A program made the position numbers and the translations under genes. The notes below the pieces were generated by a model. That model was not told where the DNA came from, did no database searches, and was given only the letters and a program-made list of their open reading frames with translations. From positions 1 through 60,679 of the IMG/VR virus record IMGVR_UViG_3300044724_003533: 60,679 nt of DNA; one strand, 5' to 3'. This DNA is from a virus (taxonomy: Duplodnaviria; Caudoviricetes). This document shows positions 29,086 to 38,448 of this stretch, one piece after another. Numbering within the stretch: the first letter of the stretch is position 1; every line of letters starts with the position of its first letter.

Positions 29086-31533
29086 TTATATAGTTGTTAA
29101 TTTTTGTAATTCTGTATCACTCAATGCTTCTTTAAATACTGCAACGCATTTAACGTTTCCCCTAAATTGCTGTGTACCCCCACCAACATCAAAACTTAAA
29201 TCATTAAGAGTATTTTCAGAAAAATAATTTGTTATAGTACTACTATCAATTTTAACACCATTTAAGAAAAAAGCATAATCCCCACTTTTATATTTTACTG
29301 CTAATTTATTATATTGTTTAACATCGGTTAAAGATGTTGTAAATGATAAATTTATACTTTGAGTACTGCTATATATAATTGCTCTTAATTGATTACTATT
29401 ACCACCTAACAATAAAGCAACCCTTTCATTACTTGTTCCGTTAGTTATTGTTATATATCTGTTTGGTTCAATTGTATCGTGACTTATAAAACCTTTTATT
29501 TCAGCATACAAAACCCCCTCGGTTGAGTTTATTAAATCACTTGAACCTGCATTGTTGCAGACATCTGCTAAACGAGTAACTGTGCTTCCGTTTGTTGGTA
29601 TGTAGGATGTAGCGTAGCTTCCTTGTTCTACTTGAAATCCAACTATTCTAAAACCTTTATTAGATTGGCCAGAATATTTTAATAAACCTGTAGTTCCTCC
29701 TTCAACATCTGATGTTATTACACTTGATACTCTATAGATATTATTACCCATATTTACATTTGGCAAATTACCTGTTGTTGCTGTTGTACCTCCAACTCTG
29801 AATATAAAATCTCCATTATTAGATGCAGTTCCTAAAACAGGTTCACTTAAATCATCCATTATTACAAAAGCAGATATTGTGTATTCTGTAGAGTTAGCAA
29901 TAGTTCCATTAAAATATCTATATCTTGTTTGACTGTTATCTCCAAATTTTATACAATTAGTAAAACCTAAACTCCAATCAAATGATTCATAAGTTATTCC
30001 AGAAGCAAGATATTCTGAACTTGTAGGTTCGCTATAATTAAGACCATTGCTCCTCTGTGGCTCAAGTAAAAGACTACCCTCTCCGCTATAAGGTACTACT
30101 TCTCCATTCTCATAATCAAAGTTAGTATAATTTATTCTTGGTAAGTCTGTGTCGTCTGTTATTTCTATTACTGATATGTTGTCTATTGTTACATCTGTAA
30201 TACCGCTATCTCTTAAAATAAAAAATGAAGGATTATTTGCTATAAAATCTATGGAATGTGTGCCAAGTGTTGATGGTATAGAATAATCACTTACACCATT
30301 AACATTAATTAATTTTAACCCCCCTTGTGTACTATCAACAATTTCGTAAGAAAGTTTATATTTTTTTGTATTAGTTAAAATGGTTTGTCCTATATATGAA
30401 TTAGACCCACTACTTGAATAAATTCTTGCACCATTGTCTGTAAATTCAGCTTCCCCAAAAAACGTCCAATTCTGCCCTACTTCCTTAACTGATACGTTGT
30501 CTATGTCAAAATCATAATTAGCATAAGCACCATCTCTTTTGATTAGTAATCGTATATTGTCGCTTTTTACATATGTTGTGTATGTTCCAACACCACCGCT
30601 TATATCTACTGAATAAAGACTATTAACTTGTAATTGTATTCTTCCCGCTACATACCGCGTAATATCAAAAGTAACTTTATAAAATTTGCCTACTGTAAAA
30701 ACATTTTGATTTATATAAGCATTACTATTCGTTCCATTATCAACAAAAGAAGCTACACCATTACTTATTGATGCTAAACCTGTTACAGACCAACCTGTAC
30801 TCCCATCACTAAAATCGCCATTAGTAACTTCTTCGCTACCTATTTGTGAGAAATCTCCGTTCTGTACCAAATTCCCACTTAATATCTGTACATCTTCTAT
30901 AAGTCCTTTTTCGTTTACTCTTGTAGCGCTTGAGCCCCTTGTAAAGTCAAAGTCTGCTTCTGTTACTTCTTTTACGCTTACGTTGTCTATTGAAAATATT
31001 GCACCATTTGTAGCCCTAAATAAAAAATTGCCATTTGAAATAGTGTGTGTAAAATTTATAGTAAAAGTTCCATTAGTTGTAATTGCATAATAAGAAATAC
31101 CATTATTATTTATTATTAACGCAGTTCCTATTTCATTATAATCAGATACTGTAAAAGTAACTTTATAGAATTTATTTTGTGTTAATATGTTTTGATACAA
31201 TAAAGATGTTTGACCATCTCCGTCTAAATTACCTTTGCCATCGCTTATAGTGGCATTTAATTTAGTCCAATCACTATCCGTATCAAACCCACCATTAGTA
31301 ACTAACTCACTACCAAAAGTTTTAATAGGTGTTAAACTAGGATACACGCCATTACTGTATCCACAGGGCGCGTTTAAAATACTACAACTATTGCTTAAGC
31401 CATAAGATATTAAGGCGTTATTGGTTGTGACGTTTGCTCCGGCTCTATTTTCTACGAATTCACTTCTTCTATCAATGCTACTTATCATGTCATTGAAAGA
31501 ACTAGAACCGACCTCTCTTGTAGTTAACCCCAT
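29086..31533 (-). CDS. Head-spike/fibre protein with carbohydrate-binding-like modules and a C-terminal LamG/ConA-like domain
   Basis: FTRGSSATRVN, LLLEPQRSN and ATSYIPT..VTRLAD motifs; repeated xLVxNGxF...IDNVSVKEV modules. Confidence 0.7.
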   Translation of the reverse strand: MGLTTREVGSSSFNDMISSIDRRSEFVENRAGANVTTNNALISYGLSNSCSILNAPCGYSNGVYPSLTPIKTFGSELVTNGGFDTDSDWTKLNATISDGKGNLDGDGQTSLLYQNILTQNKFYKVTFTVSDYNEIGTALIINNNGISYYAITTNGTFTINFTHTISNGNFLFRATNGAIFSIDNVSVKEVTEADFDFTRGSSATRVNEKGLIEDVQILSGNLVQNGDFSQIGSEEVTNGDFSDGSTGWSVTGLASISNGVASFVDNGTNSNAYINQNVFTVGKFYKVTFDITRYVAGRIQLQVNSLYSVDISGGVGTYTTYVKSDNIRLLIKRDGAYANYDFDIDNVSVKEVGQNWTFFGEAEFTDNGARIYSSSGSNSYIGQTILTNTKKYKLSYEIVDSTQGGLKLINVNGVSDYSIPSTLGTHSIDFIANNPSFFILRDSGITDVTIDNISVIEITDDTDLPRINYTNFDYENGEVVPYSGEGSLLLEPQRSNGLNYSEPTSSEYLASGITYESFDWSLGFTNCIKFGDNSQTRYRYFNGTIANSTEYTISAFVIMDDLSEPVLGTASNNGDFIFRVGGTTATTGNLPNVNMGNNIYRVSSVITSDVEGGTTGLLKYSGQSNKGFRIVGFQVEQGSYATSYIPTNGSTVTRLADVCNNAGSSDLINSTEGVLYAEIKGFISHDTIEPNRYITITNGTSNERVALLLGGNSNQLRAIIYSSTQSINLSFTTSLTDVKQYNKLAVKYKSGDYAFFLNGVKIDSSTITNYFSENTLNDLSFDVGGGTQQFRGNVKCVAVFKEALSDTELQKLTTI

Positions 31534-31539
31534 TGGCTA

Positions 31540-31797
31540 TTAATAATATGCTACAACGTCTCTAGCTGTTGAGCTAGCTCCTGAAATAATTGCTGAAACT
31601 ATAACTGGTAGAAAACTTCCACTAGGTATGTTTTTAAACACAACTGTATCACCATTGTCATTACCAACTGGTTGAACTTCTAAATCTCCGCTTGTACCTA
31701 TATACAAGGCAGCAGAATCAAGACCACTAACCCCGGCGGCTGCATCTACTGAAACTGCTTTTACTGCATAGTCAGGTTGATTTCCGTATTGTCCCAT
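31540..31797 (-). CDS. Head-spike base-like protein (RcGTA Rcc01079-like)
   Basis: ALYIGTSGDL...VVFKNIPSGSFLPV pattern; adjacent to the spike-fibre gene. Confidence 0.6.
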   Translation of the reverse strand: MGQYGNQPDYAVKAVSVDAAAGVSGLDSAALYIGTSGDLEVQPVGNDNGDTVVFKNIPSGSFLPVIVSAIISGASSTARDVVAYY

Positions 31798-31803
31798 TTT
31801 TTT

Positions 31804-32205
31804 TTATTTATTATTTTTATTTATTGCTTTTGCTTTTTCCCAAGTTCTACCCACAAAGTAGGCTCCATAAACTGTAACAAGAAGAGTTTGGAATATTGGG
31901 ATATACTCTTCTGCTATTTTAAATTCTCCAATATTTCCATCGAAAAACGCACATACAGTAAATATAACTGTTAAGTATATAAGTACTAACGGGCGAATGT
32001 TTTTAGACAAGAAAGAATCAGATTGCATATCTGACTCCCATCTTTTTGTAACCTGCTCTTGAGCTTCTTTGTCAGCTTTCTCAAGAATCTCTGTAATAAG
32101 ACGCTGTGCTTCTAGTTTCTCTTCTTTAGTAGTTGTAAGATTATCTAAAACCTCGCCAACTTCTTTGATAACGTTGCCGGTTAACCATTGCCAAATTTTT
32201 TTCAC
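31804..32205 (-). CDS. Holin (3TM / GTA-type holin family)
   Basis: RWESDMQSDSFLSKNIRP followed by hydrophobic helices and YFVGRTWEK. Confidence 0.75.
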   Translation of the reverse strand: MKKIWQWLTGNVIKEVGEVLDNLTTTKEEKLEAQRLITEILEKADKEAQEQVTKRWESDMQSDSFLSKNIRPLVLIYLTVIFTVCAFFDGNIGEFKIAEEYIPIFQTLLVTVYGAYFVGRTWEKAKAINKNNK

Positions 32206-32217
32206 TTAAATCTAGTG

Positions 32218-32529
32218 TTAATCGTCAAAAAGATTTTCTAGACCAAAGAAAGTTCCTCTTTGGGCTCCTCTAGCTAATCTTGTTTTTCTTTTATTTTCTT
32301 CAGCCGCAGCAACGTCTTTAACTTTTTGTTTAATTTTTTCCGCAGCTGCTTTTTCTACTAGTCTATCAGAATCAGCTTGGTTGCCTCTAGCACTAACTTC
32401 TTGTTTAGGTTTATCAGTAACTTCTTCTTGCGCTTCCTGCATAATAGGATTAACCATGTTGACTGGTATTCCTCTTCCTGTTTTGGGCATATTACCTCTG
32501 CCCGCGTTTCCTTTTTGATAGTAAGCCAT
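32218..32529 (-). CDS. Hypothetical protein
   Basis: ORF in the late operon; low complexity. Confidence 0.55.
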   Translation of the reverse strand: MAYYQKGNAGRGNMPKTGRGIPVNMVNPIMQEAQEEVTDKPKQEVSARGNQADSDRLVEKAAAEKIKQKVKDVAAAEENKRKTRLARGAQRGTFFGLENLFDD

Positions 32530-32552
32530 TTTTTTTATTTTTTGTTTATATA

Positions 32553-33653
32553 TTAATTATTAAAATAACCAGTGTCAATATTAGTGATAGAACCCGGTTT
32601 AGATTTTCCAGTTCTACCACCACCTTTCCATTGGCGAAGTTGAGCTGCTTGCTGCGCTCTTGTTCCTTCAAACTCAGGAGGGGTTGGTCTCTGCCTATTA
32701 TACAAAGTGTCGTGAGATTGTTCAAATCTTTGTTTCATCTCTGGTGTAGCAAAAGTTCTAGAATTAGCAGCTCTTCTTTGTTGATTAGCTATTTCTAATG
32801 CTTTAGCTTTTTCTTGAGCGAGTAAGTTTTTGTCTCCGTGGTTTTTAAATCTTTCTCTAGCCAATGCTATAGCATTTTTATAGTCTTGGTTTATATATCC
32901 AATACCAAAATTTTTACCTAACTTATAGTCATCTATATTAGTTATTCCAATAACAGATGCTGTTTCTGCTGCAAAATTATTTCTATCTCTGTCTATCATT
33001 CCGCTAGATCCACCTTGGTATTGTGTAACTCCAAGACCTTGCTCACCTAGATTAGCTTCTTGTTCACCTCTATTTGCTCCGTATCTAGATCTTTTTATAA
33101 CTTTTCTAGCTACGTTTTCTCCTTCATTTCCACGAATTAATCTTCCAGTACCGCGGATATGGCTTCCAGCAAAATCCATAGCATCTCCAAAATTTGATTC
33201 ATATGCTAAATACTCTGGTCTAGATTCCTCAACAGCATCAGGTACAAAGCTAGTTTCTAATCTATCGCGCTGATCATAGTCTAAAGGAAATTGATCTTCA
33301 AAGCTAGGATCTATGTAGCCTTCTTCAACTAATACGCTTCCAGGAACTCCTGGAAATCTTTTCTTTAAACTTTCTATGTATTGAGATGTATCTTCTGTTC
33401 GTGAACCTCCTGTAGCTCCTGGAATTTCAGCGTCAAAATCTGCTCTTTCAGTTATTCTTGTATCAGTGAAAGTTCCGGGTATGTCATTCTGCACGCCTCT
33501 TCTAGTTGTTACAGATCTATTTATTTCTTCGTAATCAGAAAGTTTTTCTTCTTTATTTTTATCTCTGTCAACAGGGTCTATATTAAATAAAGGCGTACTA
33601 GATCTTTGCTTTAAACCAACAGAAGTTAGCTTATGTTTCATTTTAAAAGCCAT
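32553..33653 (-). CDS. Hypothetical protein (MAFKMK N-terminus), possible internal virion protein
   Basis: 366-aa charged, largely low-complexity ORF. Confidence 0.55.
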   Translation of the reverse strand: MAFKMKHKLTSVGLKQRSSTPLFNIDPVDRDKNKEEKLSDYEEINRSVTTRRGVQNDIPGTFTDTRITERADFDAEIPGATGGSRTEDTSQYIESLKKRFPGVPGSVLVEEGYIDPSFEDQFPLDYDQRDRLETSFVPDAVEESRPEYLAYESNFGDAMDFAGSHIRGTGRLIRGNEGENVARKVIKRSRYGANRGEQEANLGEQGLGVTQYQGGSSGMIDRDRNNFAAETASVIGITNIDDYKLGKNFGIGYINQDYKNAIALARERFKNHGDKNLLAQEKAKALEIANQQRRAANSRTFATPEMKQRFEQSHDTLYNRQRPTPPEFEGTRAQQAAQLRQWKGGGRTGKSKPGSITNIDTGYFNN

Positions 33654-33656
33654 TTT

Positions 33657-33773
33657 TTATTTTTTGTTTTTTATTGGTGTTTCTATCACAGTTATATGAC
33701 ATCCTTGAATTATATTTTGAGGATTGTTAACATCTGGGCTGTTTCTTAAATATCCTTTCTTAGATGTTTTCAT
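33657..33773 (-). CDS. Small ORF, possibly an internally deleted gene
   Basis: MKTSKKGYLRNSPDVNNPQNIIQGCHITVIETPIKNKK; ATG overlaps the upstream stop; not in the ORF track. Confidence 0.5.
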   Translation of the reverse strand: MKTSKKGYLRNSPDVNNPQNIIQGCHITVIETPIKNKK

Positions 33774-34078
33774 TATGATCTTTTATAAGCCTCAGCTTCC
33801 CAAGGCAGGTTTTTAGCACCTTCTTTCATTTGTGCTCTTGAATATTTTTTACCTTTCCAGTAAACGTATTTATCGTCGTAATCTAAATCACCACGTTTCA
33901 TTTGCTCAAGGTGTATTTTTTCGTGTGCAATAACTTTTTCACACTGACTAGGATCTAAGTCTTTGTTTAAGATTATAGTTCCATTATTGTTAGCTTTACC
34001 CATAACGCCGTCTTCCATATTTACACTGTAAATTGGAGTATTATCCATTGAATATGGTGGAGTTATTTTAAATGCCAT
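33773..34078 (-). CDS. Minimal zincin-like metallopeptidase
   Basis: GTIILN...VIAHEKIH (HExxH) and downstream PWEAEAY. Confidence 0.65.
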   Translation of the reverse strand: MAFKITPPYSMDNTPIYSVNMEDGVMGKANNNGTIILNKDLDPSQCEKVIAHEKIHLEQMKRGDLDYDDKYVYWKGKKYSRAQMKEGAKNLPWEAEAYKRS

Positions 34079-34083
34079 AAATA

Positions 34084-34647
34084 TTAACCTAGACCTTTGT
34101 AAAAAAGATTTTGTTCGTTGGATTTTTCAAAATCAGAAAGACCTACATTATTTTGAAACTTATATATTGATTCTTCTTTTTTAGGAGTGTATTTAGAGCT
34201 AAATTCATTTTTTAGAGTACCATCAGATTTAAACATGCTTTTTTTACTTTCTTCTTCCTGTCTTTTTTTCTTTTCAGAGTTAATAGCCATGTCGCTAAAA
34301 GACTTTTGAAGTTTTTGTATATGAGGTAAAATAGAAACATATTTCATACCACCAGCTCCAGAAGCATAAGCACCACCAGAAGCATAAGCACCATTTAAAG
34401 GAGATCCATAATTTATGCTACTATCATATCTTCTACCTTGCTCTTCTAATCTAGGGTCAACATCGTTGTAAGAAATAGTTTTAACCTTATTTGTTTTACC
34501 TAAAATTTTTTGAACTTTTGGTAATTCATAGTCAATACCTCCCATGGACTCTCCAGATTTTCTAGATGATACTCTAGCAGCTCTACGCATTAACCTCTCG
34601 TTGCGTCTTTGCTGTCTTTTCATTTTATTTTGAAATGGAGAACTCAT
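34084..34647 (-). CDS. Hypothetical basic protein
   Basis: Likely start MSSPFQ at 34647, just after the upstream stop, rather than 34701. Confidence 0.55.
   Translation of the reverse strand: MSSPFQNKMKRQQRRNERLMRRAARVSSRKSGESMGGIDYELPKVQKILGKTNKVKTISYNDVDPRLEEQGRRYDSSINYGSPLNGAYASGGAYASGAGGMKYVSILPHIQKLQKSFSDMAINSEKKKRQEEESKKSMFKSDGTLKNEFSSKYTPKKEESIYKFQNNVGLSDFEKSNEQNLFYKGLG
34358..34393. repeat. Exact 18-bp tandem duplication (GAYASG x2)
   Basis: ccagaagcataagcacca at 34358-34375 and 34376-34393. Confidence 0.9.
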
Positions 34648-34648
34648 A

Positions 34649-34849
34649 CTATTTAAATGCTTTAGCTCGTGAAGTAATTGGTGTACCATGACCGCACTCA
34701 AACGGAGCTTTAGATACTTCTAATCCATTTTTACCTGAACTAGAACCTTTACCCATTGGAAAACCTTCTTTGCTTAATGGACCGTCCCATATAGCATTCT
34801 CACCTATTTGACCTGCTAGGTCAGCTTTTAATTGTTTAATATCTTTCAT
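34649..34849 (-). CDS. Hypothetical protein
   Basis: 66-aa ORF, GENAIWDGPL motif. Confidence 0.55.
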   Translation of the reverse strand: MKDIKQLKADLAGQIGENAIWDGPLSKEGFPMGKGSSSGKNGLEVSKAPFECGHGTPITSRAKAFK

Positions 34850-34855
34850 ATCTTA

Positions 34856-35218
34856 TTATTTTACTTGAAATGTTTTACCTCCTACTTCAAACGTGTCTTT
34901 ACCCGCTTTTTCAGCTGCTATTTTAGCGCCAATAAAAGCGTTGCCTTCTAATGGGCTACCATCCTTGTACATAGCTGGCGCACCAACTGCATTTTGCATC
35001 ATTGGGGTTGTTCCAAAAACACCTTGAGCGTTTGCTTGTGCTTGTGGTGAAAATGGATTTACCAAACTAGAACCAGCCGGTGGTATATTAGTCATTGGTT
35101 GAACCATTTGCTGTTGAGCTAACGGATCTACTATACCAACTTGCTTAGCTGGTGAGTCACTGTAATGTAATGGTCCACACTTGCAAATAGGTGAACCACA
35201 TTTTGAGCATTTTGCCAT
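34856..35218 (-). CDS. Hypothetical protein
   Basis: N-terminal CxxC..CxC; C-terminal GNAFIGA...GKDTFEVGGKTFQVK. Confidence 0.55.
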   Translation of the reverse strand: MAKCSKCGSPICKCGPLHYSDSPAKQVGIVDPLAQQQMVQPMTNIPPAGSSLVNPFSPQAQANAQGVFGTTPMMQNAVGAPAMYKDGSPLEGNAFIGAKIAAEKAGKDTFEVGGKTFQVK

Positions 35219-35220
35219 AA

Positions 35221-35664
35221 TTATCTGTATTTGTCTTTATTGACGTTGTATATTGCTTTTGTTAAAACCTTGTCAGTATATGTATTACCACGTATAATAC
35301 TATTAGCATCTGAGGTTGGTATATCTTCTTTACCTAGCATCATTCTGTAAACGCGTTTTATAAGCTGCTTACATTTAATAGATGTTTTGTATATATGGTA
35401 TTTTTGAGTGGTTCTATTTCTATGTCTCCAAACAACTATCCAACCTTCTTTTAATAATCTATTCCACCGACGGTTGTCCCAACTGTAAGAGTAACTTCCA
35501 TCTTGAAAGTCTTTCTTTCTAAACATGTCTATACAATCTAAGTATATTAATAACTCTAGATCCGCATCGTTTAGATTGTTGTTTCTGCAAGCCCATTTTC
35601 TTATAATGCGATAGTGCTTCATAAGGTTGAGGTCTTTTATATCATCAGCCTCTAGTCTTCTCAT
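35221..35664 (-). CDS. Hypothetical protein, winged-helix-like
   Basis: LNDADLELLIYL...RLLKEGWIVVW pattern resembles a MarR-type winged helix. Confidence 0.45.
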   Translation of the reverse strand: MRRLEADDIKDLNLMKHYRIIRKWACRNNNLNDADLELLIYLDCIDMFRKKDFQDGSYSYSWDNRRWNRLLKEGWIVVWRHRNRTTQKYHIYKTSIKCKQLIKRVYRMMLGKEDIPTSDANSIIRGNTYTDKVLTKAIYNVNKDKYR

Positions 35665-35924
35665 AAAACAACTACAACATCACTGACTTTAATAACGTGA
35701 TATGTTTCTTTTTCAACTTCTATTTTATGTCCAGCGTGTCTATCATAAAGTATAACACTACCTTTTTTTAAAGCATCTATCTCGTCTCCAGATGAAACAA
35801 CTGTAGCTTCCACGTATCTTATATCGTCTCTATGTGTTTCTGCTAAAAGAAGACCACCTTTTGTTTTGGTGGTACCTTCTTTAGCTTTTTTTATAATTAT
35901 ATTTCTACCTATTGCTTTCATCAA
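35661..35924 (-). CDS. groES: Co-chaperonin GroES
   Basis: TKGGLLL mobile loop, ATVVSSG, LKKGSVILY; adjacent to groEL. Confidence 0.85.
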   Translation of the reverse strand: MMKAIGRNIIIKKAKEGTTKTKGGLLLAETHRDDIRYVEATVVSSGDEIDALKKGSVILYDRHAGHKIEVEKETYHVIKVSDVVVVL

Positions 35925-37458
35925 TTCTTAAATTATTAATTACACAATCTGTAGATAATATTGTTGTTGCTACTGAAGCCGCATTTTTAAGAGCGCTTTT
36001 AGTTACCAGTAGTGGATCAATAATCCCTGCTCGTACCATATTTACTTCCTTGCCTGTAACCACGTTTAGCCCTTTGTTTTTAACTTTAGGATAAACAACT
36101 TCAAGACCTGCGTTAGTAAGAATTATTTCGTAAGGCGCTTTAATTGCTTGTAGCAACACTTGTTCACCTTCGCTCTTAGCTTTTATATTAGCAGAAGCGT
36201 TTAACAAGGCTATTCCACCTCCTGGTACTATACCCTCTTTTATAGCGGCTTTTGTAGCGCAGATAGCATCTTCGACTCTATCTGTTTTTTCTTTTAATTC
36301 TATTTCAGAATTAGCACCCACTTTTACTATAGCCACTTTAGCTGATAGTAGCGCTAGTCTTTTTTCAAGCTTGACAAGCTTATTAGGGTTTTTTTCTTTT
36401 AAAAGCTGTTCTTTTAATTCTTTTATAACACTAGCGACTTCTTCTGAAACACCATCCACTTGAAGTATTGTATCCTCGTGAGATGTTATGCTTTTAACGC
36501 ATTGACCTAGATGCTCCGGCTGTATCATATCCATATCATCGCCAAGATCTTCATTTATGATAGTAGCGCCAGTTAACAGAGATAAGTCTTGTAGCATTTG
36601 TTGCTTGCTTATACCGTAAGTTGGAGCGTCAATAACATTGACTTTAATGGCTCCTTTCATGCGGTTCATAGCTAGAGCTGATAAAACACCCTGTTCTAAA
36701 TCGCCTATAATAAGCAAAGGTTTGTTGTTTTTTATTACGTACTCTAGCACAGACTGAATCTGTCTTATTGTATCAACTGGTGATTCTAGTAAAAGCACTA
36801 ACGGCTTATCTAGCTCAGCAGTTTTAGTTGATTGGTTAGTAATGAAATGAGAGTTTTTAAGCCCTTTGTCATACTGAACGCCGTCTACGGTTTCAACGTA
36901 TGTTGTACCATCTGACGATGTTTCCATCATAACTACACCTGTGTTATCGACAGCTCTAAAAGCATCAGCAATTATACCACCTAACTCAGGATCGTTATTT
37001 GTAGAAATGGTTGCGATTTGATCAATCATATCGTCTTTAACCTCTACTGATAATTTTTTTAAATACGCTACAGTTTTTTCTACAGCGGTGTTAATACCGT
37101 CTTTAAGCTCTCTTGAGTTTGTTTTATTAGCAACTTTGTACGCTTCACTTAATATAGCATGCGCTAATACTGTAGCTGTAGTTGTACCGTCACCGGCTTC
37201 TTGCACTGTTTTGCGCGCTGCTTCTTTTAATAACGTAGCACCCATGTTTTCTACTGGATCTCTAAGTATTATAGAATCTGCAACTGTTACACCGTCTTTT
37301 GTTATGATTGGTCTACCAGTGTGATCTTCCAGCATCACACATTTACCGCTAGCACCAAGCGTGGAGCTAACGGCGTTTGTGAGTTTTTCAATTCCTTTAA
37401 ATACGTTAACTCTGGCTTCTTCGCCGAAGTTAAGGTTTTTGACTATTGCGTCTGACAT
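35905..37458 (-). CDS. groEL: Chaperonin GroEL
   Basis: ITKDGVTVA, AGDGTTTAT, GIVPGGG and GIIDP motifs; 517 aa; no GGM tail. Confidence 0.95.
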   Translation of the reverse strand: MSDAIVKNLNFGEEARVNVFKGIEKLTNAVSSTLGASGKCVMLEDHTGRPIITKDGVTVADSIILRDPVENMGATLLKEAARKTVQEAGDGTTTATVLAHAILSEAYKVANKTNSRELKDGINTAVEKTVAYLKKLSVEVKDDMIDQIATISTNNDPELGGIIADAFRAVDNTGVVMMETSSDGTTYVETVDGVQYDKGLKNSHFITNQSTKTAELDKPLVLLLESPVDTIRQIQSVLEYVIKNNKPLLIIGDLEQGVLSALAMNRMKGAIKVNVIDAPTYGISKQQMLQDLSLLTGATIINEDLGDDMDMIQPEHLGQCVKSITSHEDTILQVDGVSEEVASVIKELKEQLLKEKNPNKLVKLEKRLALLSAKVAIVKVGANSEIELKEKTDRVEDAICATKAAIKEGIVPGGGIALLNASANIKAKSEGEQVLLQAIKAPYEIILTNAGLEVVYPKVKNKGLNVVTGKEVNMVRAGIIDPLLVTKSALKNAASVATTILSTDCVINNLRIDESNR

Positions 37459-37488
37459 AATTTAATTTAATTTAATTTTAATATTGGT

Positions 37489-37779
37489 TTACTTAAAGGT
37501 CTTTACTACTTTTGGTCCGTTTAAAAATTCAACTTTCTTTTTGTAGTGTTCAATAGTTTTATCTATTGAAGTTTCAGCGGCTTCCATTGTTTCTCGCCGC
37601 GTAACGTCCTTCCAGGTTTCTTTATCTCGAAGATCTTGGTATTCTGTTTGGTAATAACCGTTTGGTAGTTGAACTATCCTCCAATTTGCTTTATCAGCGA
37701 TGTGCTTCCAAAGTTTCAAACGGTTTTCATCTGGTTGTGATTGACTAGACCACGAATTAGTCGAGTAATAAAATGTCAT
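37489..37779 (-). CDS. Conserved hypothetical protein
   Basis: WRIVQLPNGYYQTE...WKDVTRRET. Confidence 0.55.
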   Translation of the reverse strand: MTFYYSTNSWSSQSQPDENRLKLWKHIADKANWRIVQLPNGYYQTEYQDLRDKETWKDVTRRETMEAAETSIDKTIEHYKKKVEFLNGPKVVKTFK

Positions 37780-37833
37780 TGGTTTTGGTTTTATGTTATT
37801 GTTTGGTTTGCACTTTCCCGTGCCGGGTATATT

Positions 37834-37989
37834 TTATTTTTGGTAAGGAAACATTTTATTTAATGCACCTTTTCTAGCAGCACAACCGCAAGGAGTGTTT
37901 AACCCCTTGCTAACTGTGTCTACTACTTTTTTGATACCAGTAGCTTTAGCAAACTTTTCTATGTCGTCTCCTAAACCTATTGATTTCAT
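37834..37989 (-). CDS. Small hypothetical protein with a CGC motif
   Basis: MKSIGLGDDIEKFAKATGIKKVVDTVSKGLNTPCGCAARKGALNKMFPYQK, 51 aa, below the track cutoff. Confidence 0.7.
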   Translation of the reverse strand: MKSIGLGDDIEKFAKATGIKKVVDTVSKGLNTPCGCAARKGALNKMFPYQK

Positions 37990-37991
37990 AA

Positions 37992-38339
37992 TTATGCGAA
38001 AACGTAATCTACAAAATAAACTGTAGCTTTTGCGTCATCATTTGGAGCTTGAACAGAAGCTTTTACTCCACCTGGATTAGCTGTTAAAGCCTTGTTTACA
38101 GCTTGCTTTAATGGAGCTCCAGCTGCATATACTGGATTTGCTGGGCTAGCAGAATCAGCAACAGTAGAAGCTGTTAAAGTTAACGAAGCTACTCCAGAAG
38201 CTCCAGGAGCAAATGTTACAACTAAAGTTTGAGCTGCTGTTTGTTCCACTTTTCCGATTTGATCAACATTTACTAACAATTCTCCATTTTCAAATTGAGA
38301 AGCGTTTCCAGTAATGTTAAATTTAATAAATTTTGCCAT
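37992..38339 (-). CDS. Small structural / hypothetical protein
   Basis: MAKFIKF...ALTANPGG; has its own promoter-like motif upstream. Confidence 0.55.
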   Translation of the reverse strand: MAKFIKFNITGNASQFENGELLVNVDQIGKVEQTAAQTLVVTFAPGASGVASLTLTASTVADSASPANPVYAAGAPLKQAVNKALTANPGGVKASVQAPNDDAKATVYFVDYVFA

Positions 38340-38419
38340 TTTGTTTTGTTTTTGTTTTTGTTAATGTTAGTGTTAGTGTTTGGCTGGGGTTTGTACAGTC
38401 CCAATCTGTTATACTTTAT

Positions 38420-38448
38420 ATACTCACTTGGTTTCAGTGATTTTTACC
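38420..38448 (-). promoter_or_regulatory. Class II promoter-like motif
   Basis: GGTAA-N15-AGTGAGTAT. Confidence 0.6.

Noticed and set aside
37459-37482. (TTAAA)n runs upstream of groEL, primase and other genes
   Set aside because: Most simply A/T-rich translation-initiation leaders typical of Bacteroidota, not a distinct element.
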